A stretch of 63,800 nucleotides of DNA, counting the filler, from Phoronis australis (lineage: Eukaryota > Animalia > Phoronida): the NCBI GenBank assembly GCA_002633005.1. It is 5 parts of 5 records of this genome, joined end to end, with 100 filler letters (N's around TTAATTAATTAA, not from the genome) between each part and the next. Parts side by side here need not be neighbours in the genome. Positions count along the whole stretch, not along the records: positions 21,262 to 53,174 come from NMRA01000051.1; 4 more parts are not named here. The stretch is one strand, 5' to 3'. The translations under genes were made by a program, and so were the position numbers. The notes beneath the pieces are model-generated. The model was not told the DNA's origin. It ran no database searches and worked only from the letters and a program-made list of their open reading frames with translations. Shown here piece after piece: positions 23,196 through 34,517 of this stretch. How positions within the stretch are numbered: position 1 is the first letter of the stretch; every line of letters starts with the position of its first letter.

Positions 23196-24197
23196 TTTCC
23201 ATTTTAGTCCTGTAAAGGTTTTCTACGTGCCTGCAATAAGCATAGCTATTGATGCTTTATTTCATTTATCAAAAATACAAAATCTGCCAAGAAACAGCGT
23301 TGAACACTGAATAATATACCGAAAAGTGAAAGGGTGGAGATTGATAGACATCAGGCACATCAAACAGGGCACCCCTAGGAGGGAGTCTCTCAAAATTCTT
23401 GAGTGCACACTTTTTCAAACAAAGGCAGACATAACCTCCCTGGCGGAAGTAATTTTAAGATGAAAATATATTAGACAAATGGTAGTTTTGTTCCGTTGTG
23501 CTCACATTTTTTCTAATCATCTACCGGTTGCAAGAATGCTTTCGCTTTTTTGGATAGAAAAACGGATAAGAACAAAATAATGCTGTTTTGGAATAGCAAA
23601 ATAAGCTGCGAAGAAAGCTAATTTGACATCGGATCATGGTTTATAGAGACTTTGAAGTAACTGAATGCACCTCGGATGTTGCCTGTTGGATCTAGAATAT
23701 GCCATATAACACAATAAGAAACCTACTAGGTCTTCTCAAATAAGAACAAATTAAAGTGGTTGGGTATACGAGTCACCGGCAGGTATTCGTCAATTGACTA
23801 AGAGGAAGTTACACAGTTTAACAGGAGAAAAACATCAACATAAATAGATAAGAATGTGTTGTGTCACGTATTTAAAATATCAGGTAACTTTTTTGGACCA
23901 AAAAACAAAAACGTTCTTGGACCACTGAAACAAAAAGGAAACTTTTAATTAATTATTTTGTTTTGGAATTAAGTATGGCTGAACATACGGATTTGCAGCC
24001 AGACTACATTTCCGGGATGCCGAGGTCTCCATTAAAACAAAAATTTGTCTGCTATATAGACACACTTAAATGCTTTATTTTGAAAATAAACTAACAATTT
24101 TCAGTCTACAAGAAACTTACAACTTTTAAGGGAAGAGCGGCTATCACAAAATCTGTTTCAACTGAGTTTGAAGATCTTGTCTTACATCTGTTTTAAG

Positions 24198-26549
24198 TCA
24201 CAAATACCTAGATATCAAAATATAATGAAACAGCAAAATATGATAGCAAAACGCAGACACACGTGACGGTAACTTAACATATATTGCACACCCGGCGCTT
24301 GAATAGTTATATGAGCAATTTTCGAATACTTTTGCATCAATCAAATTATCAAAGAATATCTGACCTCTGACCTCCGGTGGCTCTGTGCAGGTCATATCAA
24401 CATAAAAGTCTTCATCCTTTGTAATAAGAGAGTTCAACCAGGCGATACCACAATGGCAGACGATGGGGTTCCCCCAAGCAATAAAGCAGGGTTTAGACCT
24501 GGCTGCTTTTTATCCAGCGAGCTGTAAGGGACAGTTCTCAGTTTATTCCGCGAAAGATTTAATATCTCTGTAGCAATGGTGGGCCCATTCGAGATTTTTC
24601 TAACCACGTTTTCAAACAACGTCCCACCAATCTCTCCCAAAGTTTCAATTTTGCGTGTGACATACATTTCGTCAAATGACCGACTGTAAATGTTGTCTAG
24701 AAGACTCTTGGACGTTTGTGAAAATGCTTTCCCCAACAAACACTATTTCACAGTCGCTCAAATTAAAAACAGTAATTTGCATGCATATCGGCTAAGGCAA
24801 AATCGTGAAGAAACCGCACGCCACTAGAATGTAAGTCGACAAGTTCAGTGTTCAAAATTCCTGAAAACGAGAACGATTTTATTCGACGTAATCTTTTCAG
24901 TTTGGACATGAGGAGAAATCTGAACGACAGGCCCCTGAATGTATATGGTTGGATGCTTGTGACGTCATTTCCGCTTAACATCAACCGATCAACAAAACTT
25001 AAACCGCTGAAGGCTCTACTCGAAATAGTGTGAATTTTGTTTCCCTCTAAGTTCACAGAGCAAAGATGCGATGATCCGTCAAAGGCTCGGGTTTCTATAA
25101 TCGCAATCTGGTTCCAGCTGATAACGAGAGAGGATATGTTGAACAATCCACTAAACGAATTCGTTACGAGAAAGGGGATACTGTTTCCTCTCAGTTTGAT
25201 CACGAGCAAATGACGTAAACCCCTGAACTCGTGGGGCTCGAGGATATTGATTGTGTTGTTTTCTAAATCGAGAGCCAGTTCAAGTCGTGTTAACGAGGAG
25301 AATGTGTCCGATTTGATCAAAATTATCTGGTTTCTACTTAAGTTAACAACCTGACGTGCATCCTTGTTAAGACCGACAGGAACTAAAATGAAAAATATAA
25401 GACGAAAACTAAATACTCTTTTGTTCGCAACAAAGTAAATATTCTTAAAGGATGGAAACGGTTCCATAGACGCGCTTCTAAGCTACATGATCGCCTGAAC
25501 CACAGTCCCGGTCCAAATCTGCAGCACAAGTTCCATACGTGCACCCCTAAACTCCACACAAGATGGGAAAATACTCCATACCCGATGACAAAACTTCTTA
25601 GTCGAGGGGAGGGGGTAGGGGATATAGATAGTCTTCTATCGGACTTGGATTCAGGTGAGGAATCTGGTTTCCGGGTATGGAGTTCGGTCATCGGTTATAC
25701 TGTGAAGTTCAGGGACACGAGAATGACATTTGGTTCCTTCAAGTCCTGGACTGGAGTCAAGCTGGAATTAAGAGACGCACCCGAGGAATCGTTTCCCCCG
25801 ATAGTCACGGCAGTACAAAAACAAACATTTTATATATATCCAATCTAACATGTTGCAACAAAAACAACAAGAAAGGGATAACAGTTCATCAAATTGGAAA
25901 ATGTACTAAAATGTTTTTCTTTAGATTTCACTATAGTTTTGAATTTTAAATGAGACTCCATTAACAAGAGACGTCACTAAAATAGGTACTCGTGTAGGAC
26001 AAATATTTCCGAAAATTGCTACTCTGAATGAGTATATGGTTACAGTATTACTTCAATAAATGAAAGGTAAATTTTTGTGTCATTTCATATCTTGGGCTAT
26101 TTTCTTCCCATAAACCGTCAGAAAAAAATCCATACCACTTTTGTTCGTTTTCAAAAAATTAATGCCACCATTTGGAAACGAACGTTTGACTGCGTTCAGA
26201 TAGTTTGTGGTGTAACATATGTCTTAAATTTTAAACAAATTATATTATGTTTTATTATATATGATTATATCGTTTTCACCTTCGTATGCCAATACACAAT
26301 TGATGTGAATATTCAACTCAATGGATGACACGGCCATTTTCCTATGAGACAACACTGCTAGCTACAAACTTTGGGTTAAATACTCACTTCCTTCAATCCA
26401 CGATTGCCTAAGTAAATAGAATCGCAACTGCATCCAAAGCTACGGCTACTGTCCCTTGGACACGTGTTTGCCGTCAAACTCCTTTTCACCAGAAGATATA
26501 AACTGGCGACAACAAAACTGCAACATCGAACCATGTCAGCATTCTTCAT
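24198..26549 (-). pseudogene. Lesioned extracellular leucine-rich-repeat gene (signal peptide and LRRNT exon at 26549-26388; LRR exon from 25382; LRRCT and hydrophobic tail)
   Basis: LxxLxLxxN repeats in 24763-25382 and an LRRCT remnant CTEPPEVRG. There is a stop at 24763, frameshifts near 24740 and 24435, and a 1-nt phase mismatch between exons 1 and 2. Confidence 0.75.
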
Positions 26550-27502
26550 TAAACAAGTCTCTTTTGGAGGTGCCAATATTTCAGATGAGTCTTTGTCAAA
26601 TCAGTTCAAATCTGTAGTTTTACTGTCTCCCGGCACTACCTGAATTTTAAGAAGGAAGTCTTAACAACCCGTTTCATAACAGCGCCACTTCCAGCTACTT
26701 CAGTACTCCATATATATCATTTCACACCCCGCATTAAGCGCGAGGGGGCACAGGGTAGTTGCCCAGCACCCAGACGCAAACAAAAAATATGAAAAATTCG
26801 GGCAAAAGAAAATACATTTCTGGTAGCGCAAGATCCAATGGAAAAACCCCAGTTAAGGCAAAACATATCGAAGAGATGTAAAGAGAAAGCTTGTCAATTA
26901 TTCACGCAGGAAAATAGGTAGCCATTTCCAAAGACAATTAACACCAGACGTGGCACGAAAATGTCTTACCACATATTTTGAACTACAACTTCCCACAGGC
27001 ATCATCATCACAAATAAATAGGTCAGTGTGTCGGCTAATCGTCAGAGCTCACCGCATTGGACGACTGATTTAATATTTTGGCCCCATTGAATTCTTGATC
27101 AGTTCTGCGGGCTTAAACAATATCAGTATATAGATATTGTTATTAATCAACTCAGGCAACCCATACAATAGAGTATCTTAATAAATCAAAAGGCTGCCGT
27201 CTGCCGATTTAATCAAAAGTCAATAGGGTATCGTGTTCTGAAAGTGACTATTTTCTCAGTTATTCATGAGGAAATGATTTGGTTATCAATACGTTCCAAG
27301 CATTGACAAATCAATTCACTGATCGTTGAATTCTGGCAATTTCGTTTAAGTCTAGCTAGCTGCTCAGTAGGGACAGGCTTACGCATCATGTAACAATAGA
27401 CATTGGCTTGATTTTATCTGAGAATAGCTAAAGCAGCATTAAAAAATATTAAGAGTGACCAAAAAAAAACATCCGGTTGGAGATGTGCAGGTGCGCATGC
27501 GC

Positions 27503-27911
27503 CTGGGCGCGAAACACCTGCCTCCCGTTCAATAACTTGAACGCTAGGACCTCCCTAAAAACCAAGACTTCGCGAAATTCCGTGAGATATTGCCGTGTAT
27601 TTCAAATGAAAACACGTGACTTTGACTAGATTTTAGCTAGGTCCTAGCGTAGGTCCTAGCGTCAACTGAACGCACGCCTGGGCAAAACGATCTTCTAAAA
27701 ACGCATTGTTTCAGATACAGGGGCAAGGGCCTAGTTCACTTGCGCAAACAGCCTCCCGACGCTAGGACCTCGCTAAAAAGCAAGACTTCGCGAGATTACG
27801 TGAGATATTGCAGTGAATTTTCAATGAGAGCACATGACTTTGACTAGGTTTTAGCTAGGTCCTAGCGTAGGTCCTAGCGTAGGTCCTAGCGTCTACTGAA
27901 CGCACGCCCGG
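27503..27911. repeat. Two tandem copies of a Harbinger-like MITE core upstream of the LRR-Ig gene
   Basis: ACGCTAGGACCT...AGGTCCTAGCGT internal inverted repeats and ACTGAACGCACGCC ends occur at ~27541-27681 and ~27759-27911. Confidence 0.7.
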
Positions 27912-28049
27912 TCTACGCTAGAGCGACTAACTGACATGATGCATTGTTAAGGGGATTACAGTCATTAGTGACTGTCATACGACGTGGGTGGCGTCACTTG
28001 TATAAATGTCTTTACCGTTCTGACAGTTAAAGACATCACTTTTCTTACA

Positions 28050-30851
28050 ATGGCCGAGAAAAGCGGACGCGTAATCCTGCTGGCGATGCTTGTCAGTGCC
28101 TTTTGGTGGACAGGCTCTTCTGCTAATTGCCTTTGGTGGAAAGACAAAGTGCTGAACAGAGAGAAGACGAAAAGCTTTACAAACGCCGCTTCCGTTGATT
28201 TCTGGTCTTGTGGTATCCGCCAAATTGACAAAAACGCCATCGCCCAGTTGTTGAAGATAGAATATCTCAGGCTGGCAGGCAATCGCCTGTCTGAAATCGT
28301 GGATGGAACTTTTTCTACATCAATAACACTCACAACCTTGGATTTGAGCCACAATGAAATAAATGTTTTGACAGGCCAAACTTTGTATGGTTTATTGAAC
28401 TTAAAAATTTTAGATCTCGCGAACAATTGCTTGTCACATCTGTATCAAAACATGTTTGATGGAACGCCTTCGTTAAGAGTGCTACGTTTAAATCACAACG
28501 CCATTACCGCATTGGATGTTGATTCATTTGGCAGTAACTTGCCCAGTCTTGAGAAACTGTACGTCGGGAGCAACAAGATTTCAAGGCTAGCAAACGGAAC
28601 ATTCAGTAGATTGAATGCATTGACGCATCTCTACCTCGACAGCAACAATTTAACGACAATGCAAAAAGGCGTTTTCCATGGACTGAGACCTTTGACTTAT
28701 TTGATATTGAGAAACAATTCCATCACCGAGGTTCGTGGTCTGGTGTTTCCGTCATCGCTGTTTTTGGATTTAAGACAAAACCACTTAAAAGCATTTGAAG
28801 GCGCGTACATGAATGTTAACTCTAGCCAAACAAGTTCAGTATTACTGTCCTCCAATTGGATCTCAGATATTGAAAATGGTGCATTTTGCTCCTGGTTGAC
28901 GACAGACATGCTGGGAATGCCTGCAAATAGGCTGCAAATGGTGAAAAAATCAATGTTCATTTGCCTGGAATCTATAAAATCACTGGATCTGTCAGATAAT
29001 AGAATAGAAACCATAGAAGAAAGGTCGTTTTCTCACATGAGAAAACTTAGCTTTCTATCTATTTCAAATAATCGAATTGCAATCGTCAGGCGCGGAATGT
29101 TTAATGGTTTGTCTATCCTGACTATGCTAGACTTGCGTTTCAACGACCTTATCTCACTTGGTGATCGAACTTTTGAACACCTAACGGCTCTGAAATTTCT
29201 TTATCTGAGTGGTAATAAGATTTCCACCATAGCTTCCGCGGATTTTGTGGGTCCTAAAACTCCTTTCATATTGGCTATGGACAGCAACCCAGTTAGTTAT
29301 TTGCAAATCACCACTCCATTTGTTTTTTCAGATGTCCGAGTTGACATCACTGACGTAAATGTGACGTGGAATGCGTCATGTCTAACTAATGTTCGTAAAC
29401 TGAAAGTAAAAGGAAATTTTGAACGTCATAACGTTTCAGAGATTTTTGTTGGAAATCTCCAAAATCTCAATGGGCTGGATATGTCGTGGTGCAACATATC
29501 TCACTTGAGTGACCAACCCTTTAAATTACATCGTCGACTTAAAACCCTAAATCTTGCTGGAAATCAATTAAAACGTATATCTGGTTATATGTTTGAAGGA
29601 CTCAAATCTCTAAGAAGTTTAAATCTTTCGCAAAACAAAATTTCATCAATTGACGAAAATGCTTTCCTGAAGTTAAAGTTACTTAAAGACATTCATCTTA
29701 CGGCTAACTCTATTATTCATATGAACGCTAATGCATTACCTGGAAACGTCCAACGATTTTTCTTGGAGAAAAATTATGTTAAAAAGTTTACGACCTTCAA
29801 ATTAACGGAACTTTTGCTTCTGAACTTAAACTGTAACAACCTTGGCTCTGTAACGAACAAAATGTTTTCAGGACTGCCGAACATTCGAACTTTAAGCATG
29901 TCTTATGCACGCATTGACCACATAAGTGAAGGCGCCTTTGACAATCTTACTTTTTTGTGGTCACTGAATTTATCCGGAAATAGAATTCGAATAGTAAGTC
30001 AGTCCATGTTCGGTTCATTTACGTCATTGAAGCTGCTCGAAATGGATCACTGTGGCATAGAACAAATTGAGGAAGGGGCAATGAAAAGCTTGAGCAGTTT
30101 GCAGCATCTCTACGTTCGTGATAACAGTATTCGAGTTATACCAATGGACGTATTTAGCAGGTTAGCTTACCGAGAAAAACGGTTTTTGTTTCTGGTGTCT
30201 GGCAATCCACTCCACTGTAATTGCCTGGTGCGTTCCTTGCAGGCATGGATCTACTATACAGAGAGAGTTTCACGTTCATACTACACGAGGCAATTCACCA
30301 TCCCTACATGCGAGTCTCCTATTAAAACTCAACCAACCTTAGAATCATTCGTTTCCCCCGATTTTTTTTGTCGCAAACCCAGTTCTCCGGTTGTGCAAGT
30401 CAACTTTGATGTCACGGAGGTTTCCATTCAGTGCACGTCTTTCGGGGATCCAACTCCAACAATTGCACTCATAGGTCCTGAAGGAAATTCGTTGGATTGT
30501 TCTACGATAGCGAATATTGCCGAAACGGTCGCAGTGTACAGCATTTCCAAACATAAGTTTGTTGAAGGGAACTACACCTGCACGGCTGCAAATTTCATGG
30601 AACGAAGGTCAAGCGTAAAACTGATAGAGGCCAAAATGAAAGGTGAGGGCAGACAAAACAGGACAAAGAAAAGTGACTTGCCTTTCGAGGCCTATCTGAC
30701 TATAGGTATCTCCACTTCTGTGGTAGCATGTGCAATAGCTATAGGCGCCATTTTAGCTGTCTACATAGTTCGTCGACACAACGGCCTGCACGATTTATCG
30801 AGAACTGATGCCGCAACGAACCAGAGCGAACTGGGAGACACTCGAGTCTAA
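28050..30851 (+). CDS. Single-exon type I membrane LRR-Ig receptor (signal peptide, >20 LRRs, LRRCT, one Ig-like domain, TM helix, short tail)
   Basis: Uninterrupted ORF with probable start MAEKSGRVILLAMLVSAFWWTGSSA. LRRCT: GNPLHCNC...CESP...FFC. Ig: SIQCTSFGDPTP...EGNYTCTAAN. TM: LTIGISTSVVACAIAIGAILAVYIV. C-terminus DTRV. Confidence 0.92.
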   Translation: MAEKSGRVILLAMLVSAFWWTGSSANCLWWKDKVLNREKTKSFTNAASVDFWSCGIRQIDKNAIAQLLKIEYLRLAGNRLSEIVDGTFSTSITLTTLDLSHNEINVLTGQTLYGLLNLKILDLANNCLSHLYQNMFDGTPSLRVLRLNHNAITALDVDSFGSNLPSLEKLYVGSNKISRLANGTFSRLNALTHLYLDSNNLTTMQKGVFHGLRPLTYLILRNNSITEVRGLVFPSSLFLDLRQNHLKAFEGAYMNVNSSQTSSVLLSSNWISDIENGAFCSWLTTDMLGMPANRLQMVKKSMFICLESIKSLDLSDNRIETIEERSFSHMRKLSFLSISNNRIAIVRRGMFNGLSILTMLDLRFNDLISLGDRTFEHLTALKFLYLSGNKISTIASADFVGPKTPFILAMDSNPVSYLQITTPFVFSDVRVDITDVNVTWNASCLTNVRKLKVKGNFERHNVSEIFVGNLQNLNGLDMSWCNISHLSDQPFKLHRRLKTLNLAGNQLKRISGYMFEGLKSLRSLNLSQNKISSIDENAFLKLKLLKDIHLTANSIIHMNANALPGNVQRFFLEKNYVKKFTTFKLTELLLLNLNCNNLGSVTNKMFSGLPNIRTLSMSYARIDHISEGAFDNLTFLWSLNLSGNRIRIVSQSMFGSFTSLKLLEMDHCGIEQIEEGAMKSLSSLQHLYVRDNSIRVIPMDVFSRLAYREKRFLFLVSGNPLHCNCLVRSLQAWIYYTERVSRSYYTRQFTIPTCESPIKTQPTLESFVSPDFFCRKPSSPVVQVNFDVTEVSIQCTSFGDPTPTIALIGPEGNSLDCSTIANIAETVAVYSISKHKFVEGNYTCTAANFMERRSSVKLIEAKMKGEGRQNRTKKSDLPFEAYLTIGISTSVVACAIAIGAILAVYIVRRHNGLHDLSRTDAATNQSELGDTRV

Positions 30852-32176
30852 GAGACATGGTGGTGGAAACCGATTACGCTTCTGAGCTCCATGTACGATC
30901 TTGCACGTTAACCCAGGTTTAGAATCACTTTCGACAACCTATCAAACTACATGCTAGGAGTTTTTCGACAAGACATTTTGGGTGTTAAAGTCATGTTACT
31001 GTATTTTACGGAAAAAAGTGGCATTTGGTCTTCTGAGCGTTTGTTCTGCAGTTATATATTATTTAGGCCTAACTAACAGGTTTGTTTACGTAACTTTCGA
31101 AAAGCTACTCGTATTTGAAGTGTGTGTGTGTTTTTGTGTGCATAAACTATTACTGTTTTCAGTTGTTTCCATACTAATTGATACGTGCAATGTTTACCTG
31201 TTGCCCACAGATACTTTTTTGTTAATTTGATTTCTGAACAGTGAATGTTATATGTAGTACTTACCTATACCCGTGAAATAAAGTTTAAGAAATTAAAAGT
31301 TTATCTTGTAGAAGAATCCAATCCAATACTTTGTGTTGATGACAGCGTGCATTGTACTTGCCAAATGTCCCCCTTTTGGCGGACTACAACACTTTTTAAA
31401 TTTTCCCGCCATCCTGCCACATCATCAAAATGTCGCGCTTTTGGCCCACGGTAAAATTGACATACTATCATATACTATAAGTGAAATATAATAAATATAG
31501 ATTATTACATGGCGAAGTCGTTATCCCCCGTTATCTAGAGCCCGAGTGGATTTTGGAGAATTGTCGCCCGAGGGGCGTTAGCCCCGAGGGTGATAATTCT
31601 ACAAAATTCACGAGGGCTCTAGATAAGGGGGATAACGGCTGAGAACATGTAGTAATCTATTTATACCACATACTAAATGAGAAACATTGCAATGAATCGA
31701 TTTACCTTTTCTGACTCTCCACGGCTTTGTAACTACTTTCTATATCAGAGGCCCAGGGGTCGGAGGTCGTGACCTTTTAAGAAAAGCCGGGCTATTTTTG
31801 TCAAATAATGCTTTTACTCAAAACCAATTGAAAACTTAAATATAATAGAAATAAATTGAATTTATAAATTAAGGTTTACCAACTATTATAGCTTAAAACA
31901 CGTTTTTTTCACGCTAAGCTTCGACCGGGAAATTATTGTCTGCTAAAGTAGGTTACCACTGGTAACTAAATATAATTCTCAAGTCAAAGATCCTGACGAC
32001 ACGATACCCGCATTCAAACTGGAGATCGGTGATTTACAAGTAAGAGGACATGAGAGAAAATTTTCACTGAATTAAGATTTCATTTTTATGGAAATTATGT
32101 ATCTTATTTTTCGTAGCTTATAAGTACAGCACAGTGCGGTTTGTTGAACATGCGATTATTGCGCGTACTCATTTAA

Positions 32177-33294
32177 AGGCGAAGGCAACCTTTTCCATGT
32201 CATTTTGAGCTAAAATAAGGTTGGTTGGTTATCCTAGACATATTTTCCACTTAATTACAGCTTTTCGTAATTTTATAAATTACTCGTCCGCTACTCCGGA
32301 AGTGACGTTTTAGGAGGCAAGCGTTTCCCGCCACTTGATTTTGCGTTGACTTTACCGTGCGAATCTGTTCTATTCTACTTTTGTTTTGTGGTCTTTTTCA
32401 ACAATTGTCGCCACCACTTTCCATCGGCGAGTATTCTGCGGCAAGATAGGTTAGTAGAGAACTCAACTACGTTGGATTTAGGGATTGTTTAGTGTGTTGT
32501 AAGCTGAAAATGGCTGGAGTCGGTGACCCGTATCACAGTGACAGTAGTGTGAGTGACGGAGACCTTGTTCACAGCAGTNNNNNNNNNNNNNNNNNNNNNN
32601 NNNNNNNNNNNNNNNNNNNNNNNNNNNNNNNNNNNNNNNNNNNNNNNNNNNNNNNNNNNNNNNNNNNNNNNNNNNNNNNNNNNNNNNNNNNNNNNNNNNN
32701 NNNNNNNNNNNNNNNNNNNNNNNNNNNNNNNNNNNNNNNNNNNNNNNNNNNNNNNNNNNNNNNNNNNNNNNNNNNNNNNNNNNNNNNNNNNNNNNNNNNN
32801 NNGTACAAATCCCTTTCGTAATCGGACGGCAGAAAGTGCTTGCCACACACACGGTAATTCTCCACTGCTTTGTACGTTGCGTGGACGGGTAACGCTGCGT
32901 TCTTCACACGAACGAGCCAAGTACGGCGAAGTGTGTCATCCATCGGAAAGCGATGCAAAGGTACTCCCAAAGCGCGCGTGAGCCGATAATTAGTACATCC
33001 TGGTACGCAGCAACAGTGTGGCATGTTGACTGATTAGTAAATGAAAGCAAACGACGACGGAACTTAACACAACCGAGGTAGAACAATGACTGACTCGGCA
33101 GCTCTCACAGTCAGACTATATGAAAAGAAATTGGCGCGAAATGCTTGCCTCCTAAAACGTCACTTCCGGAGTAGCGGACGAGTAATATTATTGATAAAAT
33201 TACGAAAAGCTGTAATTAAGTGGTAAATATGTCTAGGATAACCAACCAACCTTATTTTAGCTCAAAATGACATGGAAAAAGGTTGCCTTCGCCT
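32177..33294 (-). mobile_element. Kolobok DNA transposon (internally deleted or gapped) carrying a THAP domain
   Basis: TIRs of ~155 bp beginning AGGCGAAGGCAACC; TTAA at 32173-32176 and 33295-33298. Confidence 0.85.
32803..33024 (-). CDS. THAP zinc-finger ORF of the Kolobok element (3' end in the N gap)
   Basis: MPHCCCVPGC...LHRFP..TLRRTW...RVCGKHF is the canonical C2CH THAP signature. Confidence 0.85.
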
Positions 33295-33327
33295 TTAAGT
33301 ATTCTATTTTCACACTTGATGACGTCA

Positions 33328-33400
33328 GTCGCTGCATGGTGTAGTGGTAAAGTCGGCGACCAGCAATTTCAAGGTCCCGGGTTCGACTCCGTCCTCGGTT
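33328..33400 (+). ncRNA. tRNA-like Pol III cassette (not a functional tRNA)
   Basis: A box TGGTGTAGTGG and B box GGTTCGACTCC at tRNA spacing. Acceptor and anticodon stems do not pair. TGACGTCA lies immediately upstream. Confidence 0.6.
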
Positions 33401-33779
33401 TCCCGCCAAATCGTTATCTCACTAGTGAGATAACTTTATGGGTTGTATCTGCCATTTGACGCTAATATTGTGGTATAATCCTATTTACTCGCTCGACTAA
33501 ACAGAAATAATGGGACGTTTCACGGGTTTTTGAAACACCCGCAACTTCCCATTTGACTTAAAAAATTCAAAAAGAAAAAGTCGGGCGCTTTAGGGTGTTA
33601 GGTCTCCTGTTCGAGACGTTTTTTTGAGAGGCAGCGAACATTTCACCCTTGCATTTTGGCACAAGCACAGATGTTTCACTTTCCGCGAATTAAGTCAGTC
33701 GCTGTCTGTGTATCTGGTTTATTGTTCATATGTTCTATTTTCTATTGTTAACTGTTATTTACTTGTTTTTGTGATTGCT

Positions 33780-34020
33780 GGTATTATTACTGGCCTTTTA
33801 AACATTAACTGCAACCACAAATTTCAAGACTTCCTTGACATGATGTCTAGCCTTCACCTACAACCTATAATTATCTATCCTATCAAACTTAACGATATGT
33901 TGGCATCTCTAATGGACCATATTTATTATATATCTTCTGATAAAACCTCAATATTTCGCAGCGGCATATTCCTCTCTAGTCTCTCTGACCATTTTCTAAC
34001 GTTTATTTCACTAAAGGGCC
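33780..34020 (+). mobile_element. LINE apurinic endonuclease C-terminal remnant
   Basis: FLDMMSSLHLQPII.YP...SLMDHIY...SGIFLSSLSDH matches the APE DHI/SDH motifs. Confidence 0.65.
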
Positions 34021-34517
34021 TTTCATACTAACGTCGACGCGTCCATGGTTTTGGGGAGTTGCGGTCAGTATGAACGCTTAACTCCGGTCCTGGATCGCAG
34101 TTAACAGCTCCAATTAAGATCGCAGTTAACAGGCGGATTTAATAGCGCAGCGTCGACGCTGCTGTGCAGTATGAACAGTTAACTTCGGTCCTCAGAAAAA
34201 ATTAACTAAAAATACCTAAGCTTACTATAAACAGTCAAAACTTAACTTTTGCTAAAATCTTAAGTTTTTGGGAATATCGTTTGACGACTCCTCATCCTGG
34301 TTTGCACATAATAATCTGGTGGAACAAAAACTGCACAAACCTGTGACGTACTCAACAAACTCACGACCTATCAGCTTTTGTTCACGCTGACAACGATTTA
34401 CCACTCCTTGATCTACACTCGATTAACTTTTGGCAGCACAATATGGGGATTTAAAAGCGTCAGCAGATTACAATTCGTCCAGAAAGATAGATGTTATCCG
34501 TACTGATTCTGTGTAAC

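Larger units (their letters stand above)
31490..33479. mobile_element. Crypton-like non-autonomous element with a ~170-bp terminal hairpin, an internal tRNA-like cassette and a nested Kolobok
   Basis: Near-perfect palindrome at 31491-31665. TATACCACA (~31662) is complemented by TGTGGTATA at the far end (~33469). The element is absent from the duplicated copy at ~39510. The Crypton assignment rests on architecture only. Confidence 0.55.
30920..33660 (+). repeat. Local duplication, copy 1 (3' flank of the LRR-Ig gene), interrupted by a ~2-kb insertion
   Basis: 30920-31480 aligns by eye with 38943-39510, and 33490-33660 aligns with 39545-39750. Confidence 0.8.

Noticed and set aside
25500-25850. 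Ser/Pro-rich ORFs inside the LRR pseudogene intron
   Set aside because: No recognisable domain or supported splice structure. Left unassigned.
27984-28049. GTG-initiated N-terminal extension of the LRR-Ig ORF
   Set aside because: This is a eukaryotic gene, and the ATG at 28050 directly precedes a good signal peptide.
27965-30554. Minus-strand ORFs overlapping the LRR-Ig gene, and plus-strand ORFs overlapping the sulfotransferase exon
   Set aside because: Antisense shadows of real coding sequence with no independent motifs.
33328-33400. Functional tRNA gene (also ~17425-17485 and ~62440-62500)
   Set aside because: A and B boxes are present, but the acceptor and anticodon stems do not pair and the sequences are embedded in repeats.
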